A stretch of 64,000 nt of DNA from Archaeoglobaceae archaeon (GTDB lineage Archaea; Halobacteriota; Archaeoglobi; Archaeoglobales; Archaeoglobaceae). Positions within the stretch are counted from its first letter, which is position 1. Every line of letters begins with the position of its first letter. The translations under genes and the position numbers were made by a program. The DNA lies in assembly GCA_027028145.1 (NCBI GenBank), contig JALVJV010000010.1, forward strand, positions 6,979-70,978, in the 5' to 3' direction. Positions 44,222 to 53,251 of this stretch are shown piece after piece. The notes beneath the pieces are model-generated. The model was not told the origin of the DNA and did not search any database. It saw nothing but the letters and a program-made list of their open reading frames with translations.

Positions 44222-44755
44222 ATGATCGACGGAGTTAGGGTATTCTACGAGCGAGCCGGCGAAAGGGGTGCTTTGCTGTGCCCACCCCATCCCCAATACG
44301 GCGGAAGCATGTTCGACGTCAGACTTGAGAGGATCAGCAGAAAGCTCGTCATGAACAAAATCTCGACGCTCAGATTCGACTACAGAAGCGTCGAAACAGC
44401 TTTGAAGGACGCCGAAGTTTGCTTCGGTTGGTTGAAGAGCGAACATGAAGCAGTGGCCGTGATCGGTTACTCTTTTGGTAGCGTTATCGCATCCAACGTC
44501 TGCGGTGACGTTTTAGTTTTAATTTCTCCTCTAAGGCGTATAGACGGGTTCGAGCTTAGGGACTGCGAAGTTCCGAAGCTGATCGTTATTGCAAAGAGGG
44601 ATCAAATCGTGAGTCTTAACGAGTCAATGGAGATCGCGAGATCGCTTTCCGAACCGAAGGAGATCGCTATTTTGGATACCGATCATTTTTACTTCGGAAA
44701 GTTCGACGTTCTTGCTGAAAAAGTTTCGGAGTTCGTAGTGAAGCATCTGCGTTGA
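44222..44755 (+). CDS. Alpha/beta hydrolase (short COG2945-like type)
   Basis: CPPHPQYGGSMFD and nucleophile elbow GYSFGS. Internal Met 44222 preferred. Confidence 0.7.
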   Translation: MIDGVRVFYERAGERGALLCPPHPQYGGSMFDVRLERISRKLVMNKISTLRFDYRSVETALKDAEVCFGWLKSEHEAVAVIGYSFGSVIASNVCGDVLVLISPLRRIDGFELRDCEVPKLIVIAKRDQIVSLNESMEIARSLSEPKEIAILDTDHFYFGKFDVLAEKVSEFVVKHLR

Positions 44756-44879
44756 ATAGCGGTATATTGGTATCCATTATATTTTAAAGCCAAAAATATA
44801 TAACAGCCACAATTATAATGGGGTGAAAAGGTGGTGTATCCGCAATCGTTATAAACATAGATGAAGACAATAACTCCGA

Positions 44880-44952
44880 GCGCCGGTGGTGTAGCCTGGT
44901 AACACAGGGGCTTGCCGAGCCCCTGCCCCGGGTTCAAATCCCGGCCGGCGCA
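44880..44952 (+). tRNA. tRNA-Gly(GCC)
   Basis: Acceptor GCGCCGG/CCGGCGC, anticodon loop TTGCCGA, T-arm CCGGG TTCAAAT CCCGG, discriminator A. Confidence 0.92.
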
Positions 44953-45040
44953 CTTTTATCTAACAACTCGTAAAGCAGACATAGGCCTACAATTTTCGAC
45001 TCGTTGAGGATGGCAACGCGGACGAAATAAACCGCATAAT

Positions 45041-46210
45041 CTAAACCCTCTTCTTAAACTCCTCCGGCAGTTTTAGTATGCTCGCCAACCCGATTAAGTT
45101 TTCCTTCGAGAGGGTTCCGTCCGCTACCTCTTTCAGAACCTTCTTGGCGTTGAACGCTATGCCCAAGCCGGCATTTTCGATCATAATTCTGTCGTTAGCT
45201 CCATCTCCCACAGCCACTATGTTTTCCCTACTGATACCCTCTCTCTTTGCGAGCTCTTCGATTATTCGGGCTTTCTCTTTGGCATCGATTATCCTTCCCT
45301 TAATTCTGCCCGTCAGTTTTCCATCCTTAATTTCAAGCTCGTTGCCGAACGCGTAATCCAAGCCCAACTCCTTCTTTAACTTCTCCGTGAAATACGTGAA
45401 CCCACCGCTGACCAAAGCGATCTTATATCCCGCTCTCTTCAAAGCTTGAATTAACTCCTTCGCACCCTCCGTAAGTTCGATCTGATTGTAGATCTTTTCG
45501 AGAACTTCCACCGGTAATCCTTTAAGCAGTTTAACGCGTTCGATCAAAGCCTGCTTGTAGTCCAGCTTACCTTCCATAGCCTTCCTCGTAATCTCCTTCA
45601 CTTCTCTCTCAACACCGGCCGCCTTAGCGAGTTCGTCAATTATCTCCGCATCGACTATCGTGGAGTCCATGTCGAATACGATCAATCGCTTCTCCCGCTT
45701 AAAGATCGAGTAGGGCTGGATCACTATGTCCAAGCCGTAACTCTCCACTTCCTCTTTGAGTTGCTTCTTAATTTCATCCGGATTCGCGTTACCGATGTCT
45801 ACGACAAATTCTATCGAGATCAGCTTGTCTCTTGCCGTAAGCGTAGTTTTCTCGATGTTTACGTTGTGCTCAAGTAGGATTTTGGTGATATCCCTGACGA
45901 TTCCAACCCTGTCTTTTCCCAAAACAGTTATGACATACAGGTTCTTCTCCTTCTGCTTCGGCTTAACGAAAGGAGTTAAATGAACGTTCACTCCAAGCTC
46001 TTTTCCCTTCTCCTCAAGCTGTCTTTTAAGATCCTCGATAGAAACGGCACATTTTTCAACATCTCCGATGATGAACATAACGAATACGCCTTGGAGAACG
46101 TTCTGCTCGATATCTACGATGTTCACATTGTTCTTCGCAAGGACATCGGATATACCGTGAATTATTCCCGGCTTATCCAAGCCGTAGACCGATATGGCGA
46201 CGAGTTTCAC
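45041..46210 (-). CDS. serB: Phosphoserine phosphatase with two N-terminal ACT domains
   Basis: HAD motif I LIVFDMDSTIV, motif III/IV GDGANDRIM, duplicated ACT-like N-terminus. 389 aa. Confidence 0.88.
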   Translation of the reverse strand: MKLVAISVYGLDKPGIIHGISDVLAKNNVNIVDIEQNVLQGVFVMFIIGDVEKCAVSIEDLKRQLEEKGKELGVNVHLTPFVKPKQKEKNLYVITVLGKDRVGIVRDITKILLEHNVNIEKTTLTARDKLISIEFVVDIGNANPDEIKKQLKEEVESYGLDIVIQPYSIFKREKRLIVFDMDSTIVDAEIIDELAKAAGVEREVKEITRKAMEGKLDYKQALIERVKLLKGLPVEVLEKIYNQIELTEGAKELIQALKRAGYKIALVSGGFTYFTEKLKKELGLDYAFGNELEIKDGKLTGRIKGRIIDAKEKARIIEELAKREGISRENIVAVGDGANDRIMIENAGLGIAFNAKKVLKEVADGTLSKENLIGLASILKLPEEFKKRV

Positions 46211-46282
46211 ATAAAAAAGTCTATCGGTTCGATTATAATGTTAACGGCAAAGCTTATTACCGAGTGAATCGAATTATTAATA

Positions 46283-46750
46283 ATGCTATTCTTTAAGCCT
46301 AACGTCGAAAAGATGAAGGAAAGGGGAGATGTCGAAGGTTTGATTAAGGCTTTGAGACATAAGGACGTTTCCGTCAGGAAAAAAGCCGCAAAGGCTTTGG
46401 GAGATTTGAATGCTAAGGATGCCGTCGATGCTTTGATTGAAGCTCTCAAAGATGAGGACGTTGACGTGAGGATTGAAGTTGCAAGGGCTTTGGGAAAGGT
46501 TAAAGATCTCAAAGCCGTAGATGCCCTGCTTGAGGTAGTAAGGAAAGACGAAAGTTTGGATGTCAGAATAGAGGCGGCAAAAGCCTTGAAAGAGATAGGA
46601 TACTCCAAAGCTACCGAATTGATGGTGAATTTAATTTCACAGTCGCTTAAGGTTCCAAAAGAGATCGCCGAAAAGATCGTAAGCGAGAGTAGAATTACCG
46701 AAATTATGCTTGATAAGAAAAAGCTCTTAGATAAATTTTTAAAGAAGTGA
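46283..46750 (+). CDS. HEAT-repeat (PBS-lyase-type) protein
   Basis: Repeated D..VR..AA.ALG......AV.ALI.ALKDED units. 155 aa. Confidence 0.75.
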   Translation: MLFFKPNVEKMKERGDVEGLIKALRHKDVSVRKKAAKALGDLNAKDAVDALIEALKDEDVDVRIEVARALGKVKDLKAVDALLEVVRKDESLDVRIEAAKALKEIGYSKATELMVNLISQSLKVPKEIAEKIVSESRITEIMLDKKKLLDKFLKK

Positions 46751-46900
46751 ACATATCAAACACTATTTTCAATTTTTAGTTGTTGTTTATAGTTAGTTTA
46801 TAGCTAAAAGTTATTTTTTATACAAAATATTTATTCTAAATATAAATTGAAGTTAATGTTAACATACTTATCATGATGAAAATGAAAAATTTTATATAGT

Positions 46901-47392
46901 TTGTTTCAAAGATGGGGGATTGTGAGGGTGGTCAGCTTGTTGAGGAGTAGGATGGCAGTATCACCAGTGGTCGGCGTCATACTGATGGTCGCCGCTACTA
47001 TCGTTATCGCGGCTATCGTCATGGGATTCTTGGGTGGATTTAAACCGCCTCAGAAACCTTTAGATATTGAGTTGGGAAACGCTCAAGCATACTACAACGA
47101 TAGTAACTGGACTGTTACATTTACAATCGCTGGTTCTGAGGCAAATGTATTAAGCAAAAATAATATAGAATACACAATTATAAATTCGACTGGAGTATCG
47201 TTGACGCAACACGTAACGGTAGACCTTATAGATCACAGCATTCTCAAAATAGTTGGTAGTAATAAAAAAGATAATACACACTACTATTATGTCAACGACA
47301 ATCATCCAAAGCTGAGAGTTGTAATCAAATACAAGCCAAATGGACAGATACTCTTTGATAGTGTAATTATTGCATACAACGCTACAAGTTAA
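46901..47392 (+). CDS. Archaeal type IV pilin-like protein (class III signal peptide)
   Basis: RSRMAVSPVVGVILMVAATIVIAAIVMGFLGG is a typical (K/R)..SPV(I/V)G hydrophobic N-terminus. The exact start is uncertain. AT-rich flanks. Confidence 0.7.
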   Translation: MFQRWGIVRVVSLLRSRMAVSPVVGVILMVAATIVIAAIVMGFLGGFKPPQKPLDIELGNAQAYYNDSNWTVTFTIAGSEANVLSKNNIEYTIINSTGVSLTQHVTVDLIDHSILKIVGSNKKDNTHYYYVNDNHPKLRVVIKYKPNGQILFDSVIIAYNATS

Positions 47393-47632
47393 TTTAATTA
47401 AATTAATTTAATTAAACATTTTTAATATTTTATTTATATTGAATGGCAAAAGTAGTGGTAAATGTCATTCATCGGTTATAATAATATTTTAGCTATGAAA
47501 TAAATTTGACAAGTTTTAGCTACGAATATCGAAAACGTTAAAAATACTTGCCGGAAGAGGCTAAAACCCAATATTTTGTTTATCTTGCGATTTAGGTTAA
47601 ACGACAACTTACGCGGGGAAGGTGTTCTAAAG

Positions 47633-49678
47633 ATGAAACGCTATAGGGTGGGCATCGACATTGGCGGAACTTTCACCGATCTGGTTTACTTTGACGAGGA
47701 ATCCAAGAAATTCTCCGTAGTTAAGGTTCCAACAACACCGAAGAAGCCGGCTGAAGGAGCGCTCAACGCCATAGAGACAGCTAAAATTGGATTCGAAGAC
47801 ATCTACATGCTCGTCCACGCAACGACGCTCGGAACGAATATGTTTCTCGGTCAAGAAGGTCTGCATCCGCCAAAGCTGGCTTTGATAACCACCAAAGGAT
47901 TCAGAGATGTCGTGGAGATCGGTAGGCAGAAGAGAGCAGACCTCTACAATCTTTTCTTCGAAAAGCCGAAGCCGATAGTGCGTAGAAGGGACAGATACGA
48001 AGTGGAGGAGAGGATAAATGCAAGAGGAGAGATCATAACGCCGCTCAACGAAGAAGAGCTACGTAAGATCGCCGGAGAGATCCGAAATAAAGGCTACGAG
48101 GTCGTAGTGGTGTCTTTTTTGCACAGCTACAGGAATCCGATCTACGAGATCAGAGCTAAAGAGATAATCGAAGAGGAGTGTCCAAACATCGAAGTAATAA
48201 CATCACACGAAATCGACCCCGAATACAAGGAGTATGAAAGAACGAGCACGACGATCGTCAACGCATTTCTTAAGCCGATGATGTCCAAGTATCTGACCGC
48301 CCTTTTGGATGCACTAAAAGGCAGGGGATTCGAAGGCAGGTTCTTCGTAATGCAGAGCAGTGGCGGAATCGCTAAAATCGAATATGCGATCAAAAAGCCG
48401 GCGGCGTTTGTAGAGTCGGGACCAGCGGCCGGAGCGGTTGCCTTTGCCTACTACTCCAAGATCACGGGAGATTCGAACGTCATCGGATTCGACATGGGCG
48501 GAACGACGGCTAAAGCCTCTACCGTCATCGATCACGAGCCGTCGATAACTACCGAATACGAAATCGGAGGTAAAGTTCACGCCGGAAGGCTTGTAAAAGG
48601 CTCGGGATACCCCGTCAGATTTCCGTTCATCGATTTGGCTGAAGTCAGTGCTGGCGGTGGAACTGTAGCTTGGATCGACGAAGGAGGAGCTTTGAGGATC
48701 GGTCCTATAAGTGCCGGAGCGGATCCCGGACCGGTTTGCTACGGAAGGGGAAATACGAAGCCGACGATAACCGATGCGAACCTAGTTTTGGGCAGATTGG
48801 GAGAGAGGCTCGGCGGTGGCATATTGACGCTCAAAAAGGATCTGGCTAGGGATGCATTATCTAAGCTTGCGGATCAGCTTGGAATGAGCTTGGAGGAAAC
48901 GGCATTCGGAATAGTAAAGCTTGCAAACACCGTGATGGCTAAAGCTTTAAGAATAGTTACAGTAGAGAGAGGCTACGATCCGAGGGACTTTACGATGTTC
49001 GTCTTTGGTGGTGCCGGAGGTTTGCACGGTGTTGAGCTTGCAGAGGAGCTAAACGTTAAGTCCGTGCTGATCCCACCCTATGCCGGAGTGTTTTCAGCCT
49101 TAGGGCTTCTGCTTTCCGACTACAGATCGGACAAGGTTAGGAGTGTAATAAGGTTGGTAGAGGAAATAGACGAGGACGAAATTGAGAGAACGTTCGCGGA
49201 GCTTGCTGATGAGGCGGTTAGGGAAGTCAGTATCGAGAATGCTGAAATAAAGGTGATCAGGCAGATTGATATGCGTTATAAGGGGCAGGCTTACGAAATC
49301 ACGGTTCCTTGGATGAATAACATTGAAGGGTGCGTAAAAGCTTTCCATGAGAAGCACGAAGCTCTCTACGGATTCAGCTCTCCAGATGAGTCGGTAGAGA
49401 TCGTCAATTTGAGAGTTACGGCTGTAGGCGTCATGTCCAAGCCGGAGGTAAAAGCTGAGAAAGAAATCGAGCACGAACCTAAGCCGGAACATCATAGAGA
49501 AGTCTATTTCGGCGATGGTTGGATGAACACGCCGATATATGCTCGTAATAAGCTAAAAGCTGGAGCTAAGATTGAGGGACCGGCTGTGATTGAGGATTAC
49601 GACACTACGATAGTCATCCCTCCGAACTATACCGCCTTTGTTGATGGATACTCTAACATAAGGATCGTGGGGGATTAG
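47633..49678 (+). CDS. hyuA: Hydantoinase/oxoprolinase family, A (beta) subunit
   Basis: MKRYRVGIDIGGTFTD and FDMGGTTAKAS. About 681 aa. Internal Met 47633 preferred. Confidence 0.88.
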   Translation: MKRYRVGIDIGGTFTDLVYFDEESKKFSVVKVPTTPKKPAEGALNAIETAKIGFEDIYMLVHATTLGTNMFLGQEGLHPPKLALITTKGFRDVVEIGRQKRADLYNLFFEKPKPIVRRRDRYEVEERINARGEIITPLNEEELRKIAGEIRNKGYEVVVVSFLHSYRNPIYEIRAKEIIEEECPNIEVITSHEIDPEYKEYERTSTTIVNAFLKPMMSKYLTALLDALKGRGFEGRFFVMQSSGGIAKIEYAIKKPAAFVESGPAAGAVAFAYYSKITGDSNVIGFDMGGTTAKASTVIDHEPSITTEYEIGGKVHAGRLVKGSGYPVRFPFIDLAEVSAGGGTVAWIDEGGALRIGPISAGADPGPVCYGRGNTKPTITDANLVLGRLGERLGGGILTLKKDLARDALSKLADQLGMSLEETAFGIVKLANTVMAKALRIVTVERGYDPRDFTMFVFGGAGGLHGVELAEELNVKSVLIPPYAGVFSALGLLLSDYRSDKVRSVIRLVEEIDEDEIERTFAELADEAVREVSIENAEIKVIRQIDMRYKGQAYEITVPWMNNIEGCVKAFHEKHEALYGFSSPDESVEIVNLRVTAVGVMSKPEVKAEKEIEHEPKPEHHREVYFGDGWMNTPIYARNKLKAGAKIEGPAVIEDYDTTIVIPPNYTAFVDGYSNIRIVGD

Positions 49679-49679
49679 A

Positions 49680-51392
49680 ATGGATGCCGTAACGATTGAG
49701 ATCGTAAGGAACTCCACGGAGTATATCGCTGAGGAGATGGGCATAGTTCTGAGAAATACGGCCTACTCTCCAAACATAAGGGACAGAATGGATTGCAGTT
49801 GCGCCGTTTTGTCTGCCAAAGGAGAGCTTGTTGCTCAGGCTGAGCACATCCCAGTTCATTTGGGCAGTATGGCTGTTGGAGCGAAAAACGTAGTGGAATA
49901 CATCGAAAGAGAGGGCGTAGAGGTTGAAGAAGGCGATGTGATAATCGTAAACGATCCGTATATAGCCGGAACGCATCTAAACGACATAACTCTGCTCAAG
50001 CCGATATTCTACAGCGGCAGAATGCTCGGTTTCGTTGCGAATAAAGCCCATCACGTCGATGTCGGTGGAAGCGTTCCGGGGAGCATAGGCATCAACGCGA
50101 AGGAGCTTGTTGAGGAGGGCATAGTTATTCCACCCACGAAGCTTGTTAAGAGGGGCAAGCTCGACAACGAAATCTTGAGGCTGATAGCTTCGAACGTCAG
50201 AGTTCCCAAGTGCACAATTGGAGATTTGAAAGCTCAGATCGCCTCGCTGAACGTCGGAACTAAGAGGATTGTAGAGTTGGTGGAGAAATACGGCTACGAA
50301 TGCGTCGTTGAAGCTTGGAATAGAAGCTTGGAATACACGGAGAAATACCTAAAGGCTAAGGTAGATCGGATTCCGGATTGCGAAAGCGAAGCAGTAGATT
50401 ACCTCGAATTCGGCGATGAGCTGATCAACATAAACGCTAAGATCGAAATAAAGGGCAACAGACTTAAGGTTGATTTTACGGGGACTCATAAGCAGATCGA
50501 CGCTCCGCTGAATGCCGTCTTCGGAGTAACCGTAGCTTCAACTTCATTCGCATTGAAGGCCGTCTTAGATCCCGATCTACCCATGAACTACGGCTTCTTT
50601 AGGGCTGTTGAAATCTACGCTCCAGAGGGGACGATAGTTCATCCGATAAAGCCGGCTCCAGTTTCAGCGGGCAACGTCGAAACTTCTCAGCGTATCGTAG
50701 ATGTTCTTCTGAAAGCGCTATCGGAGATATTTCCGGATAGGGTGCCAGCCGCTTCGCACGGAAGCATGAACAACGTGGTTATCGGCAGTCAAACTTGGGC
50801 TTTCTACGAAACGCTTGGAGGTGGAATGGGAGCTCGGCCGAGTAAAGATGGAGTAGACGGCGTGCACACGAACATGACAAACACGATGAATACACCGATA
50901 GAGGTCATCGAAAACGAATATCCGATGCTCGTGCTCGAATACTCTCTGCGAGACGATTCCGGAGGAGCCGGAAAGTTCAGAGGTGGGCTGGGCATAAGAA
51001 GGGTCTACAAGGTTCTATCCAACGCCGTTCTATCGATTACGGCTGAGAGGGTGAAACTCAGACCTTGGGGACTTAAGGGAGGTATGGACGGAGCTTCTGG
51101 AGAGCACTACGTGATAAAAGCCGACGGAGAGAAGATTAAGCTTTCTGGTAAGGATACGGTTACGTTGAGCGAGGGAGATGTGGTCGTCATAAACACTCCC
51201 GGCGGAGGTGGTTACGGCAAGCCGGAGGAGAGGGATCCGTATTTGGTTTTAGAGGACGTTAAGGACGGTAAGGTTTCGCTGTCCTCTGCGTATGAGCAAT
51301 ATCTGGTTAAAATAGTTGAGAAGGGTGGGGAGCTTTTTGTAGATTTTGAGGAAACCGAAAGGGTGAGAGGGTATGGCTCGAAGGGTGATTGA
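49680..51392 (+). CDS. hyuB: Hydantoinase B/oxoprolinase family subunit
   Basis: DPYIAGTHLND, GNVETSQR, GGGGYG. 570 aa, starts 2 nt after hyuA. Confidence 0.88.
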   Translation: MDAVTIEIVRNSTEYIAEEMGIVLRNTAYSPNIRDRMDCSCAVLSAKGELVAQAEHIPVHLGSMAVGAKNVVEYIEREGVEVEEGDVIIVNDPYIAGTHLNDITLLKPIFYSGRMLGFVANKAHHVDVGGSVPGSIGINAKELVEEGIVIPPTKLVKRGKLDNEILRLIASNVRVPKCTIGDLKAQIASLNVGTKRIVELVEKYGYECVVEAWNRSLEYTEKYLKAKVDRIPDCESEAVDYLEFGDELININAKIEIKGNRLKVDFTGTHKQIDAPLNAVFGVTVASTSFALKAVLDPDLPMNYGFFRAVEIYAPEGTIVHPIKPAPVSAGNVETSQRIVDVLLKALSEIFPDRVPAASHGSMNNVVIGSQTWAFYETLGGGMGARPSKDGVDGVHTNMTNTMNTPIEVIENEYPMLVLEYSLRDDSGGAGKFRGGLGIRRVYKVLSNAVLSITAERVKLRPWGLKGGMDGASGEHYVIKADGEKIKLSGKDTVTLSEGDVVVINTPGGGGYGKPEERDPYLVLEDVKDGKVSLSSAYEQYLVKIVEKGGELFVDFEETERVRGYGSKGD

Positions 51393-51606
51393 GGAGATCG
51401 ATAGCCATCTGAGATTCAGAAGACCGCTGGACTTGGCGTTGACGATAGCTTTCGTAATCTTCTACATCTTGATCTTCGCAGTGTATGCGGTGAACAGAGT
51501 GGAGCCGATGGTTCTCGGACTGAGCTTTGCCTACTTCTATTCGCTGGTTTTGTGGGTTGTGGGCATGGCGATCGTAGTAGCATCTGCTAAGTTGGTGTGG
51601 AGGTGA
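51373..51606 (+). CDS. Small two-TM protein (accessory subunit-like, upstream of symporter)
   Basis: 77 aa with two hydrophobic helices, immediately upstream of the SSS transporter. Confidence 0.55.
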   Translation: MARRVIEEIDSHLRFRRPLDLALTIAFVIFYILIFAVYAVNRVEPMVLGLSFAYFYSLVLWVVGMAIVVASAKLVWR

Positions 51607-51611
51607 ACTGA

Positions 51612-53156
51612 GTGGAGGCTTGGGTAGCTACGACGGCGATAATAGTCTTTTACTGTGTTCTGTGCATCGGTATCGGTTACGTAGCCGGCAGAAGCTTTCA
51701 GAAGAATTTAGAGGACTTCTTCGTTTTGAGCAGAAAAGCCGGGCTTATAGTGGTGTTTCTTGCCATAGCTTCCACGTATCACAGCGCTTTCGCGTTTCTC
51801 ACGAGCGTTGCCGTGTATGCATCTACCGGCATATCCTTCTGGATTGCCGCGATGGCATGGGTGATAATGGCCGGTGTTTGGGGATATCTCTACGGAAAGA
51901 GAGTTTTCCTGCTCGGTAAGGCTAAAGGCTTCATTACACCCGCAGATCTTCTTTCGGACTACTATGAAAGCGAAGCGATCAGGCTTATCACGGCCATAGT
52001 TCAAGCACTGTTCGTAATCACATACATCGTCGTTCAGGCTATTGGGCTGGGTATCATACTGTCTATAGGCAGTGGAGGGCACATACCATACCAAGAGGCT
52101 TCGCTGATTCTGATGCTGATCGCCGCTATCTACGTAATAATCGGCGGTCTAAGAGCGGCATACTGGACAGATGTCCTGCAAGGAGTTTGGATGTATATCG
52201 GCGTCTGGATCGCCGGAATACTAATAACTTTCAAGTTCTTTCCGCATGGAATTCCACAGCTCATGCGGGCTGTCAGTGAAGTCAATCCGAAGCTGTTGGT
52301 CATGACTTGGAAGCCGGAGATGTTGCTGAGCTGTATAATGGTCTACGGCGTCGGACTTATGCTCCTTCCGCATCTCTGGATCAAGTATTATGCGGCGAGG
52401 GATACTTGGACGATCAAGTGGTCAAGCGTAGGAACAGTTGCCTATCTGAGTAGCTACTACATACCGACAGCCTTCGTTGGATTGGCTGCGGCTGTGCTAA
52501 ACGCAAAGGGAATTCCGGGAGTCGTAAAGCCGGGGTTTATCTCGGAGCTTGTTAAGAGCTTCGGTTCGAGAGATGCCGTCATGGCATACATGATCTACAA
52601 CTTTACGCACCCTGTCTTAGCCGGATTCCTGTTGGCTGGTGCCGCCGCGGCGGCTATGTCAACGCTCGACTCGTTCCTCGGCTCCACGTCGCTGATTCTG
52701 ACGAGAGACGTATATCAGAGATACGTAAGATCGAACGCAAGCGAAAAGGAACTCGTTCTCGTGAGCAGGATCTTGCTTCTGACTTGGGCGTTCGTCGGAT
52801 GGTTCCTCGCAATTCTAAAGCCGGGACTGATATTCGACATAACAGCCATAGCGTGCGCCGGAGGTTTGCAGTTCCTACCAGCGATAGTTCAGGCTATTTA
52901 TCCGACAAAGAGAGCGTGGATCAACAAGCAGGGAGCGTTGAGCGGTATAATCGTCGGATCCCTCGTAACCATACTGCTGGCAAAGCAGATCGGCGGAAAG
53001 CTTGGATTTCCGATAGTCTACCATCCGGCGATGGCTGGAACGATCGGACTTGCATTTAACGTGGTTGTTGCGTTGATCGTTAGTGCCGTAACTTCGCCAC
53101 CGCCTGAAGAGAAGAGACTCGAATACTACGAAATACTGAAGGAAGCCGTAGAGTAA
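51612..53156 (+). CDS. Sodium:solute symporter (SSS) family transporter
   Basis: About 13 TM segments and GGLRAAYWTDVLQG. 514 aa. Confidence 0.85.
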   Translation: MEAWVATTAIIVFYCVLCIGIGYVAGRSFQKNLEDFFVLSRKAGLIVVFLAIASTYHSAFAFLTSVAVYASTGISFWIAAMAWVIMAGVWGYLYGKRVFLLGKAKGFITPADLLSDYYESEAIRLITAIVQALFVITYIVVQAIGLGIILSIGSGGHIPYQEASLILMLIAAIYVIIGGLRAAYWTDVLQGVWMYIGVWIAGILITFKFFPHGIPQLMRAVSEVNPKLLVMTWKPEMLLSCIMVYGVGLMLLPHLWIKYYAARDTWTIKWSSVGTVAYLSSYYIPTAFVGLAAAVLNAKGIPGVVKPGFISELVKSFGSRDAVMAYMIYNFTHPVLAGFLLAGAAAAAMSTLDSFLGSTSLILTRDVYQRYVRSNASEKELVLVSRILLLTWAFVGWFLAILKPGLIFDITAIACAGGLQFLPAIVQAIYPTKRAWINKQGALSGIIVGSLVTILLAKQIGGKLGFPIVYHPAMAGTIGLAFNVVVALIVSAVTSPPPEEKRLEYYEILKEAVE

Positions 53157-53251
53157 GATAAAATTTTTATTTATTAAATTTATTTTAACAATTTTGATTT
53201 TAAAATATGAATTGTAAAATTATTCCAATCAAAATAAAAATGTAACGAAAA

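Noticed and set aside
46207-46608. 133-aa minus-strand ORF rich in Ser/Thr/Ala/Leu
   Set aside because: It is the antisense shadow of the HEAT-repeat gene (46283-46750). It is low complexity with no motif, and the sense strand has clear repeat-family signatures.
47393-47425. TTAATTTAATTAAATTAATTTAATTAA palindromic low-complexity run after the pilin-like gene
   Set aside because: It is pure A/T low complexity in an AT-rich intergenic region. It probably acts as a terminator or spacer, and there is no paired copy to suggest element ends.
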